From: Gordius albopunctatus
Taxonomy: Eukaryota
DNA: 64,000 nt
Assembly (NCBI GenBank): GCA_964276515.1
Contig: OZ193909.1
Coordinates: 10,292,001 to 10,356,000 of the forward strand
Direction of reading: 5' to 3'
Shown here one piece after another: positions 1-12,300 of this stretch. The notes under the pieces were generated by a model. The model was given only the letters and a program-made list of their open reading frames with translations, was not told the origin of the DNA and made no database searches. The translations under genes and the position numbers were made by a program. How positions within the stretch are numbered: position 1 is the first letter of the stretch; each line of letters opens with the position of its first letter.

Positions 1-345
1 CTAATTGTGATAAATTTTTACTTCTTATCATGAAAATCACGTCTGAAAATAACAACTTTCATCGGATGAATATGGTTTAATGGAAATAATTTTAAATATT
101 TTGAGCTGAAAAATATATTTTTTGTTATTTTGTGTAAAAGAGCTTGAAAAAATATGTAAAAGTAAGCTAATTTGAGATTCATATTAATCTCGATCGACTC
201 CTTATAAGAAGTTTTAATCTGCGAAAACTATCATTTTGAGAAAAAGACAACGTTATATTGTTGCGATTAGTTTGTTTCATCGCGACGAGAGTGCTGAATT
301 TTTGAAACATGCTATATGCGATGATTATTTCAAAGTAATAGTTAT
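1..345 (+). repeat. Representative satellite monomer (345 bp, arbitrary phase)
   Basis: ctaattgtgataaattt at position 1 recurs at 346, and the intervening sequence is repeated throughout the window with few substitutions. Confidence 0.97.
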
Positions 346-3300
346 CTAATTGTGATAAATTTTTACTTCTTATCATGAAAATCACGTCTGAAAATAACAA
401 CTTTCATCGGATGAATATGGTTTAATGGAAATAATTTTAAATATTTTGAGCTGAAAAATATATTTTTTGTTATTTTATGTAAAAGAGCTTGAAAAAATAT
501 ATAAAAGTAAGCTAATTTGAGATTCCTATTAATCTCGATCGACTCCTTATAAGAAGTTTTAAGCTGCGAGAACTATCATTTTGAGGAAAGACAACGTTAT
601 ATTGTTGCGATTAGTTTGTTTCATCGGGACGAGAGTGCTGAATTTTTGAAGCATGCTATATGCCATGATGATTTCAAAGTAATAGTTATCTAATTGTGAT
701 AAATTTTTACTTCTTATGATGGAATACACGTCTTAAAATAACAACTTTCTTCGGATGAATATGGTTTAATGGAAATAATTTTAAATATTTTGAGCTAAAA
801 AACGATATTTTTTGTTATTTTATGTAAAAGAGCTTGAAAAAATATGTAAAAGTAAGCTAATTTGAGATTCATATTAATCTCGATCGACTCCTTATAAGAA
901 GTTTTAATCTGCGAAAACTATTATTTTGAGGAAAGACAACGTTATATTGTTGCGATTAGTTTGTTTCATCGCGACGAGAGTGCTGAATTTTTGAAACATG
1001 CTATATGCGATGATTATTTTAAAGTAATAGTTATCTAATTGTGATAAATTTTTACTTCTTATCATGGAATACACGTCTGAAAATAACAACTTTCATCGGA
1101 TCAATATGTGTTAATGGAAATAATTTTTAATATTTTGAGCTGAAAAATATATTTTTTGTTATTTTATGTAAAAGAGCTTGAAAAAATATATAAAAGTAAG
1201 CTAATTTGAGATTCCTATTAATCTCGATCGACTCCTTATAAGAAGTTTTAAGCTGCGAGAACTATCATTTTGAGGAAAGACAACGTTATATTGTTGCGAT
1301 TAGTTTGTTTCATCGCGACGAGAGTGCTGAATTTTTGAAACATGCTATATGCGATGATTATTTCAAAGTAATAGCTATCTAATTGTGATAAATTTTTACT
1401 TCTTATGATGGAATACACGTCTGAAAATAACAACTTTCTTTGGATGAATATGGTTTAATGGAAATAATTTTAAATATTTTGAGCTAAAAAACGATATTTT
1501 TTGTTATTTTATGTAAAAGAGCTTGAAAAAATATATAAAAGTAAGCTAATTTGAGATTCCTATTAATCTCGATCGACTCCTTATTAGAAGTTTTAAGCTG
1601 CGAGAACTATCATTTTGAGGAAAGACAACGTTATATTGTTGCGATTAGTTTGTTTCATCGCGACGAGAGTGCTGAATTTTTGAAACATGCTATATGCGAT
1701 GATTATTTCAAAGTAATAGTTATCTAATTGTGATAAATTTTTACTTCTTATGATGGAATACACCTCTGAAAATAACAACTTTCTTCGGATGAATTTGGTT
1801 TAATGGAAATAATTTTAAATATTTTGAGCTAAAAAACGATATTTTTTGTTATTTTATGTAAAAGAGCTTGAAAAAATATGTAAAAGTAAGCTAATTTGAG
1901 ATTCATATTAATCTCGATCGACTCCTTATAAGAAGTTTTAATCTGCGAAAACTATTATTTTGAGGAAAGACAACGTTATATTGTTGCGATTTGTTTGTTT
2001 CATCGCGACGAGAGTGCTGAATTTTTGAAACATGCTATATGCGATGATTATTTCAAAGTAATAGTTATCTAATTGTGATAAATTTTTACTTCTTATCATG
2101 AAAATCGCGTCTGAAAATAACAACTTTCATCGGATGAATATGGTTTAATGGAAATAATTTTAAATATTTTGAGCTGAAAAATATATTTTTTGTTATTTTA
2201 TGTAAAAGAGCTTGAAAAAATATATGAAAGTAAGCTAATTTGAGATTCCTATTAATCTCGATCGACTCCTTATAAGAAGTTTTAAGCTGCGAGAACTATC
2301 ATTTTGAGGAAAGACAACGTTATATTGTTGCGATTAGTTTGTTTCATCGGGACGAGAGTGCTGAATTTTTGAAGCATGCTATATGCCATGATGATTTCAA
2401 AGTAATAGTTATCTAATTGTGATAAATTTTTACTTCTTATCATGAAAATCACGTCTGAAAATAACAACTTTCATCGGATGAATATGGTTTAATGGAAATA
2501 ATTTTAAATATTTTGAGTTGAAAAATATATTTTTAGTTATTATGTGTAAAAGAGCTTGAAAAAATATGTAAAAGTAAGCTAATTTGAGATTCCTATTAAT
2601 CTCGATCGACTCCTTATAAGAAGTTTTAAGCTGCGAGAACTATCATTTTGAGGAAAGACAACGTTATATTGTTGCGATTAGTTTGTTTCATCGCGACGAG
2701 AGTGCTGAATTTTTGAAGCATGCTATATGCCATGATGATTTCAAAGTAATAGTTATCTAATTGTGATAAATTTTTACTTCTTATCATGAAAATCACGTCT
2801 GAAAATAACAACTTTCATCGGATGAATATGGTTTAATGGAAATAATTTTAAATATTTTGAGTTGAAAAATATATTTTTAGTTATTATGTGTAAAAGAGCT
2901 TGAAAAAATATATAAAAGTATGCTAATTTGAGATTCCTATTAATCTCGATCGACTCCTTATAAGAAGTTTTAATCTGCGAAAACTATCATTTTGAGGAAA
3001 GATAACGTTATATTGTTGCGATTAGTTTGTTTCATCGCGACGAGAGTGCTGAATTTTTGAAGCATGCTATATGCCATGATGATTTCAAAGTAATAGTTAT
3101 CTAATTGTGATAAATTTTTACTTCTTATCATGAAAATCACGTCTGAAAATAACAACTTTCATCGGATGAATATGGTTTAATGGAAATAATTTTAAATATT
3201 TTGAGTTGAAAAATATATTTTTTGTTATTTTGTGTAAAAGAGCTTGAAAAAATATGTAAAAGTAAGCTAATTTGAGATTCATATTAATCTCGATCGACTC

Positions 3301-6300
3301 CTTATAAGAAGTTTTAATCTGCGAAAACTATCATTTTGAGAAAAAGACAACGTTATATTGTTGCGATTAGTTTGTTTCATCGCGACGAGAGTGCTGAATT
3401 TTTGAAACATGCTATATGCGATGATTATTTCAAAGTAATAGTTATCTAATTGTGATAAATTTTTACTTCTTATCATGAAAATCGCGTCTGAAAATAACAA
3501 CTTTCATCGGATGAATATGGTTTAATGGAAATAATTTTAAATATTTTGAGTTGAAAAATATATTTTTTGTTATTTTATGTAAAAGAGCTTGAAAAAATAT
3601 GTAAAAGTAAGCTAATTTGAGATTCATATTAATCTCGATCGACTCCTTATAAGAAGTTTTAAGCTGCGAGAACTATCATTTTGAGGAAAGACAACGTTAT
3701 ATTGTTGCGATTAGTTTGTTTCATCGGGACGAGAGTGCTGAATTTTTGAAGCATGCTATATGCCATGATGATTTCAAAGTAATAGTTATCTAATTGTGAT
3801 AAATTTTTACTTCTTATCATGAAAATCACGTCTGAAAATAACAACTTTCATCGGATGAATATGGTTTAATGGAAATAATTTTAAATATTTTGAGTTGAAA
3901 AATATATTTTTTGTTATTTTGTGTAAAAGAGCTTGAAAAAATATGTAAAAGTAAGCTAATTTGAGATTCATATTAATCTCGATCGACTCCTTATAAGAAG
4001 TTTTAATCTGCGAAAACTATCATTTTGAGAAAAAGACAACGTTATATTGTTGCGATTAGTTTGTTTCATCGCGACGAGAGTGCTGAATTTTTGAAACATG
4101 CTATATGCGATGATTATTTCAAAGTAATAGTTATCTAATTGTGATAAATTTTTACTTCTTATCATGAAAATCACGTCTGAAAATAACAACTTTCATCGGA
4201 TGAATATGGTTTAATGGAAATAATTTTAAATATTTTGAGCTGAAAAATATATTTTTTGTTATTTTATGTAAAAGAGCTTGAAAAAATATATAAAAGTAAG
4301 CTAATTTGAGATTCCTATTAATCTCGATCGACTCCTTATAAGAAGTTTTAAGCTGCGAGAACTATCATTTTGAGGAAAGACAACGTTATATTGTTGCGAT
4401 TAGTTTGTTTCATCGGGACGAGAGTGCTGAATTTTTGAAGCATGCTATATGCCATGATGATTTCAAAGTAATAGTTATCTAATTGTGATAAATTTTTACT
4501 TCTTATGATGGAATACACGTCTTAAAATAACAACTTTCTTCGGATGAATATGGTTTAATGGAAATAATTTTAAATATTTTGAGCTAAAAAACGATATTTT
4601 TTGTTATTTTATGTAAAAGAGCTTGAAAAAATATGTAAAAGTAAGCTAATTTGAGATTCATATTAATCTCGATCGACTCCTTATAAGAAGTTTTAATCTG
4701 CGAAAACTATTATTTTGAGGAAAGACAACGTTATATTGTTGCGATTAGTTTGTTTCATCGCGACGAGAGTGCTGAATTTTTGAAACATGCTATATGCGAT
4801 GATTATTTTAAAGTAATAGTTATCTAATTGTGATAAATTTTTACTTCTTATCATGGAATACACGTCTGAAAATAACAACTTTCATCGGATCAATATGTGT
4901 TAATGGAAATAATTTTTAATATTTTGAGCTGAAAAATATATTTTTTGTTATTTTATGTAAAAGAGCTTGAAAAAATATATAAAAGTAAGCTAATTTGAGA
5001 TTCCTATTAATCTCGATCGACTCCTTATAAGAAGTTTTAAGCTGCGAGAACTATCATTTTGAGGAAAGACAACGTTATATTGTTGCGATTAGTTTGTTTC
5101 ATCGCGACGAGAGTGCTGAATTTTTGAAACATGCTATATGCGATGATTATTTCAAAGTAATAGCTATCTAATTGTGATAAATTTTTACTTCTTATGATGG
5201 AATACACGTCTGAAAATAACAACTTTCTTTGGATGAATATGGTTTAATGGAAATAATTTTAAATATTTTGAGCTAAAAAACGATATTTTTTGTTATTTTA
5301 TGTAAAAGAGCTTGAAAAAATATATAAAAGTAAGCTAATTTGAGATTCCTATTAATCTCGATCGACTCCTTATTAGAAGTTTTAAGCTGCGAGAACTATC
5401 ATTTTGAGGAAAGACAACGTTATATTGTTGCGATTAGTTTGTTTCATCGCGACGAGAGTGCTGAATTTTTGAAACATGCTATATGCGATGATTATTTCAA
5501 AGTAATAGTTATCTAATTGTGATAAATTTTTACTTCTTATGATGGAATACACCTCTGAAAATAACAACTTTCTTCGGATGAATTTGGTTTAATGGAAATA
5601 ATTTTAAATATTTTGAGCTAAAAAACGATATTTTTTGTTATTTTATGTAAAAGAGCTTGAAAAAATATGTAAAAGTAAGCTAATTTGAGATTCATATTAA
5701 TCTCGATCGACTCCTTATAAGAAGTTTTAATCTGCGAAAACTATTATTTTGAGGAAAGACAACGTTATATTGTTGCGATTTGTTTGTTTCATCGCGACGA
5801 GAGTGCTGAATTTTTGAAACATGCTATATGCGATGATTATTTCAAAGTAATAGTTATCTAATTGTGATAAATTTTTACTTCTTATCATGAAAATCGCGTC
5901 TGAAAATAACAACTTTCATCGGATGAATATGGTTTAATGGAAATAATTTTAAATATTTTGAGCTGAAAAATATATTTTTTGTTATTTTGTGTAAAAGAGC
6001 TTGAAAAAATATATAAAAGTATGCTAATTTGAGATTCCTATTAATCTCGATCGACTCCTTATAAGAAGTTTTAATCTGCGAAAACTATCATTTTGAGGAA
6101 AGACAACGTTATATTGTTGCGATTAATTTGTTTCATCGCGACGAGAGTGCTGAATTTTTGAAACATGCTATATGCGATGATTATTTCAAAGTAATAGTTA
6201 TCTAATTGTGATAAATTTTTACTTCTTATCATGAAAATCACGTCTGAAAATAACAACTTTCATCGGATGAATATGGTTTAATGGAAATAATTTTAAATAT

Positions 6301-9300
6301 TTTGAGTTGAAAAATATATTTTTAGTTATTATGTGTAAAAGAGCTTGAAAAAATATGTAAAAGTAAGCTAATTTGAGATTCCTATTAATCTCGATCGACT
6401 CCTTATAAGAAGTTTTAAGCTGCGAGAACTATCATTTTGAGGAAAGACAACGTTATATTGTTGCGATTAGTTTGTTTCATCGCGACGAGAGTGCTGAATT
6501 TTTGAAGCATGCTATATGCCATGATGATTTCAAAGTAATAGTTATCTAATTGTGATAAATTTTTACTTCTTATCATGAAAATCACGTCTGAAAATAACAA
6601 CTTTCATCGGATGAATATGGTTTAATGGAAATAATTTTAAATATTTTGAGTTGAAAAATATATTTTTAGTTATTATGTGTAAAAGAGCTTGAAAAAATAT
6701 ATAAAAGTATGCTAATTTGAGATTCCTATTAATCTCGATCGACTCCTTATAAGAAGTTTTAATCTGCGAAAACTATCATTTTGAGGAAAGATAACGTTAT
6801 ATTGTTGCGATTAGTTTGTTTCATCGCGACGAGAGTGCTGAATTTTTGAAACATGCTATATGCGATGATTATTTCAAAGTAATAGTTATCTAATTGTGAT
6901 AAATTTTTACTTCTTATCATGAAAATCACGTCTGAAAATAACAACTTTCATCGGATGAATATGGTTTAATGGAAATAATTTTAAATATTTTGAGCTGAAA
7001 AATATATTTTTTGTTATTTTGTGTAAAAGAGCTTGAAAAAATATGTAAAAGTAAGCTAATTTGAGATTCATATTAATCTCGATCGACTCCTTATAAGAAG
7101 TTTTAATCTGCGAAAACTATCATTTTGAGAAAAAGACAACGTTATATTGTTGCGATTAGTTTGTTTCATCGCGACGAGAGTGCTGAATTTTTGAAACATG
7201 CTATATGCGATGATTATTTCAAAGTAATAGTTATCTAATTGTGATAAATTTTTACTTCTTATCATGAAAATCACGTCTGAAAATAACAACTTTCATCGGA
7301 TGAATATGGTTTAATGGAAATAATTTTAAATATTTTGAGCTGAAAAATATATTTTTTGTTATTTTATGTAAAAGAGCTTGAAAAAATATATAAAAGTAAG
7401 CTAATTTGAGATTCCTATTAATCTCGATCGACTCCTTATAAGAAGTTTTAAGCTGCGAGAACTATCATTTTGAGGAAAGACAACGTTATATTGTTGCGAT
7501 TAGTTTGTTTCATCGGGACGAGAGTGCTGAATTTTTGAGGCATGCTATATGCCATGATGATTTCAAAGTAATAGTTATCTAATTGTGATAAATTTTTACT
7601 TCTTATGATGGAATACACGTCTGAAAATAACAACTTTCTTCGGATGAATATGGTTTAATGGAAATAATTTTAAATATTTTGAGCTAAAAAACGATATTTT
7701 TTGTTATTTTATGTAAAAGAGCTTGAAAAAATATGTAAAAGTAAGCTAATTTGAGATTCATATTAATCTCGATCGACTCCTTATAAGAAGTTTTAATCTG
7801 CGAAAACTATTATTTTGAGGAAAGACAACGTTATATTGTTGCGATTAGTTTGTTTCATCGCGACGAGAGTGCTGAATTTTTGAAACATGCTATATGCGAT
7901 GATTATTTTAAAGTAATAGTTATCTAATTGTGATAAATTTTTACTTCTTATCATGGAATACACGTCTGAAAATAACAACTTTCATCGGATCAATATGTGT
8001 TAATGGAAATAATTTTTAATATTTTGAGCTGAAAAATATATTTTTTGTTATTTTATGTAAAAGAGCTTGAAAAAATATATAAAAGTAAGCTAATTTGAGA
8101 TTCCTATTAATCTCGATCGACTCCTTATAAGAAGTTTTAAGCTGCGAGAACTATCATTTTGAGGAAAGACAACGTTATATTGTTGCGATTAGTTTGTTTC
8201 ATCGCGACGAGAGTGCTGAATTTTTGAAACATGCTATATGCGATGATTATTTCAAAGTAATAGCTATCTAATTGTGATAAATTTTTACTTCTTATGATGG
8301 AATACACGTCTGAAAATAACAACTTTCTTTGGATGAATATGGTTTAATGGAAATAATTTTAAATATTTTGAGCTAAAAAACGATATTTTTTGTTATTTTA
8401 TGTAAAAGAGCTTGAAAAAATATATAAAAGTAAGCTAATTTGAGATTCCTATTAATCTCGATCGACTCCTTATAAGAAGTTTTAAGCTGCGAGAACTATC
8501 ATTTTGAGGAAAGACAACGTTATATTGTTGCGATTAGTTTGTTTCATCGCGACGAGAGTGCTGAATTTTTGAAACATGCTATATGCGATGATTATTTCAA
8601 AGTAATAGTTATCTAATTGTGATAAATTTTTACTTCTTATGATGGAATACACCTCTGAAAATAACAACTTTCTTCGGATGAATTTGGTTTAATGGAAATA
8701 ATTTTAAATATTTTGAGCTAAAAAACGATATTTTTTGTTATTTTATGTAAAAGAGCTTGAAAAAATATGTAAAAGTAAGCTAATTTGAGATTCATATTAA
8801 TCTCGATCGACTCCTTATAAGAAGTTTTAATCTGCGAAAACTATTATTTTGAGGAAAGACAACGTTATATTGTTGCGATTTGTTTGTTTCATCGCGACGA
8901 GAGTGCTGAATTTTTGAAACATGCTATATGCGATGATTATTTCAAAGTAATAGTTATCTAATTGTGATAAATTTTTACTTCTTATCATGAAAATCGCGTC
9001 TGAAAATAACAACTTTCATCGGATGAATATGGTTTAATGGAAATAATTTTAAATATTTTGAGCTGAAAAATATATTTTTTGTTATTTTGTGTAAAAGAGC
9101 TTGAAAAAATATATAAAAGTATGCTAATTTGAGATTCCTATTAATCTCGATCGACTCCTTATAAGAAGTTTTAATCTGCGAAAACTATCATTTTGAGGAA
9201 AGATAACGTTATATTGTTGCGATTAGTTTGTTTCATCGCGACGAGAGTGCTGAATTTTTGAAACATGCTATATGCGATGATTATTTCAAAGTAATAGTTA

Positions 9301-12300
9301 TCTAATTGTGATAAATTTTTACTTCTTATCATGAAAATCACGTCTGAAAATAACAACTTTCATCGGATGAATATGGTTTAATGGAAATAATTTTAAATAT
9401 TTTGAGCTGAAAAATATATTTTTTGTTATTTTGTGTAAAAGAGCTTGAAAAAATATGTAAAAGTAAGCTAATTTGAGATTCATATTAATCTCGATCGACT
9501 CCTTATAAGAAGTTTTAATCTGCGAAAACTATCATTTTGAGAAAAAGACAACGTTATATTGTTGCGATTAGTTTGTTTCATCGCGACGAGAGTGCTGAAT
9601 TTTTGAAACATGCTATATGCGATGATTATTTCAAAGTAATAGTTATCTAATTGTGATAAATTTTTACTTCTTATCATGAAAATCACGTCTGAAAATAACA
9701 ACTTTCATCGGATGAATATGGTTTAATGGAAATAATTTTAAATATTTTGAGCTGAAAAATATATTTTTTGTTATTTTATGTAAAAGAGCTTGAAAAAATA
9801 TATAAAAGTAAGCTAATTTGAGATTCCTATTAATCTCGATCGACTCCTTATAAGAAGTTTTAAGCTGCGAGAACTATCATTTTGAGGAAAGACAACGTTA
9901 TATTGTTGCGATTAGTTTGTTTCATCGCGACGAGAGTGCTGAATTTTTGAAGCATGCTATATGCCATGATGATTTCAAAGTAATAGTTATCTAATTGTGA
10001 TAAATTTTTACTTCTTATGATGGAATACACGTCTGAAAATAACAACTTTCTTCGGATGAATATGGTTTAATGGAAATAATTTTAAATATTTTGAGCTAAA
10101 AAACGATATTTTTTGTTATTTTATGTAAAAGAGCTTGAAAAAATATGTAAAAGTAAGCTAATTTGAGATTCATATTAATCTCGATCGACTCCTTATAAGA
10201 AGTTTTAATCTGCGAAAACTATTATTTTGAGGAAAGACAACGTTATATTGTTGCGATTAGTTTGTTTCATCGCGACGAGAGTGCTGAATTTTTGAAACAT
10301 GCTATATGCGATGATTATTTTAAAGTAATAGTTATCTAATTGTGATAAATTTTTACTTCTTATCATGGAATACACGTCTGAAAATAACAACTTTCATCGG
10401 ATCAATATGTGTTAATGGAAATAATTTTTAATATTTTGAGCTGAAAAATATATTTTTTGTTATTTTATGTAAAAGAGCTTGAAAAAATATATAAAAGTAA
10501 GCTAATTTGAGATTCCTATTAATCTCGATCGACTCCTTATAAGAAGTTTTAAGCTGCGAGAACTATCATTTTGAGGAAAGACAACGTTATATTGTTGCGA
10601 TTAGTTTGTTTCATCGCGACGAGAGTGCTGAATTTTTGAAACATGCTATATGCGATGATTATTTCAAAGTAATAGTTATCTAATTGTGATAAATTTTTAC
10701 TTCTTATGATGGAATACACGTCTGAAAATAACAACTTTCTTTGGATGAATATGGTTTAATGGAAATAATTTTAAATATTTTGAGCTAAAAAACGATATTT
10801 TTTGTTATTTTATGTAAAAGAGCTTGAAAAAATATATAAAAGTAAGCTAATTTGAGATTCCTATTAATCTCGATCGACTCCTTATAAGAAGTTTTAAGCT
10901 GCGAGAACTATCATTTTGAGGAAAGACAACGTTATATTGTTGCGATTAGTTTGTTTCATCGCGACGAGAGTGCTGAATTTTTGAAACATGCTATATGCGA
11001 TGATTATTTCAAAGTAATAGTTATCTAATTGTGATAAATTTTTACTTCTTATCATGAAAATCACGTCTGAAAATAACAACTTTCATCGGATGAATATGGT
11101 TTAATGGAAATAATTTTAAATATTTTGAGCTGAAAAATATATTTTTTGTTATTTTGTGTAAAAGAGCTTGAAAAAATATGTAAAAGTAAGCTAATTTGAG
11201 ATTCATATAAATCTCGATCGACTCCTTATAAGAAGTTTTAATCTGCGAAAACTATTATTTTTAGGAAAGACAACGTTGTATTGTTGCGATTAGTTTGTTT
11301 CATCGCGACGAGAGTGCTGAATTTTTGAAACATGCTATATGCGATGATTATTTTAAAGTAATAGTTATCTAATTGTGATAAATTTTTACTTCTTATCATG
11401 GAATACACGTCTGAAAATAACAACTTTCATCGGATCAATATGTGTTAATGGAAATAATTTTTAATATTTTGAGCTGAAAAATATATTTTTTGTTATTTTA
11501 TGTAAAAGAGCTTGAAAAAATATATAAAAGTAAGCTAATTTGAGATTCCTATTAATCTCGATCGACTCCTTATAAGAAGTTTTAAGCTGCGAGAACTATC
11601 ATTTTGAGGAAAGACAACGTTATATTGTTGCGATTAGTTTGTTTCATCGCGACGAGAGTGCTGAATTTTTGAAACATGCTATATGCGATGATTATTTCAA
11701 AGTAATAGCTATCTAATTGTGATAAATTTTTACTTCTTATGATGGAATACACGTCTGAAAATAACAACTTTCTTTGGATGAATATGGTTTAATGGAAATA
11801 ATTTTAAATATTTTGAGCTAAAAAACGATATTTTTTGTTATTTTATGTAAAAGAGCTTGAAAAAATATATAAAAGTAAGCTAATTTGAGATTCCTATTAA
11901 TCTCGATCGACTCCTTATAAGAAGTTTTAAGCTGCGAGAACTATCATTTTGAGGAAAGACAACGTTATATTGTTGCGATTAGTTTGTTTCATCGCGACGA
12001 GAGTGCTGAATTTTTGAAACATGCTATATGCGATGATTATTTCAAAGTAATAGTTATCTAATTGTGATAAATTTTTACTTCTTATGATGGAATACACCTC
12101 TGAAAATAACAACTTTCTTCGGATGAATTTGGTTTAATGGAAATAATTTTAAATATTTTGAGCTAAAAAACGATATTTTTTGTTATTTTATGTAAAAGAG
12201 CTTGAAAAAATATGTAAAAGTAAGCTAATTTGAGATTCATATTAATCTCGATCGACTCCTTATAAGAAGTTTTAATCTGCGAAAACTATTATTTTGAGGA

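Noticed and set aside
1..345. Tandem RNA gene array (5S rRNA, tRNA, snRNA, spliced leader)
   Set aside because: I recognise no 5S/tRNA/snRNA motifs or Pol III A/B/C boxes, and the GC content is very low. A covariance search (Infernal/Rfam) was not run.
1..345. Assignment to a named satellite (Drosophila 359-bp 1.688 family, Tribolium 340-360-bp satellites, primate alpha-satellite dimer)
   Set aside because: Length and AT content are similar to some of these, but I cannot confirm sequence homology from memory. A BLAST/Dfam search is required.
1..345. CENP-B box
   Set aside because: I found no match to the TTCG....A..CGGG core on either strand. The catcgggacg variant lacks the upstream TTCG at the required spacing.
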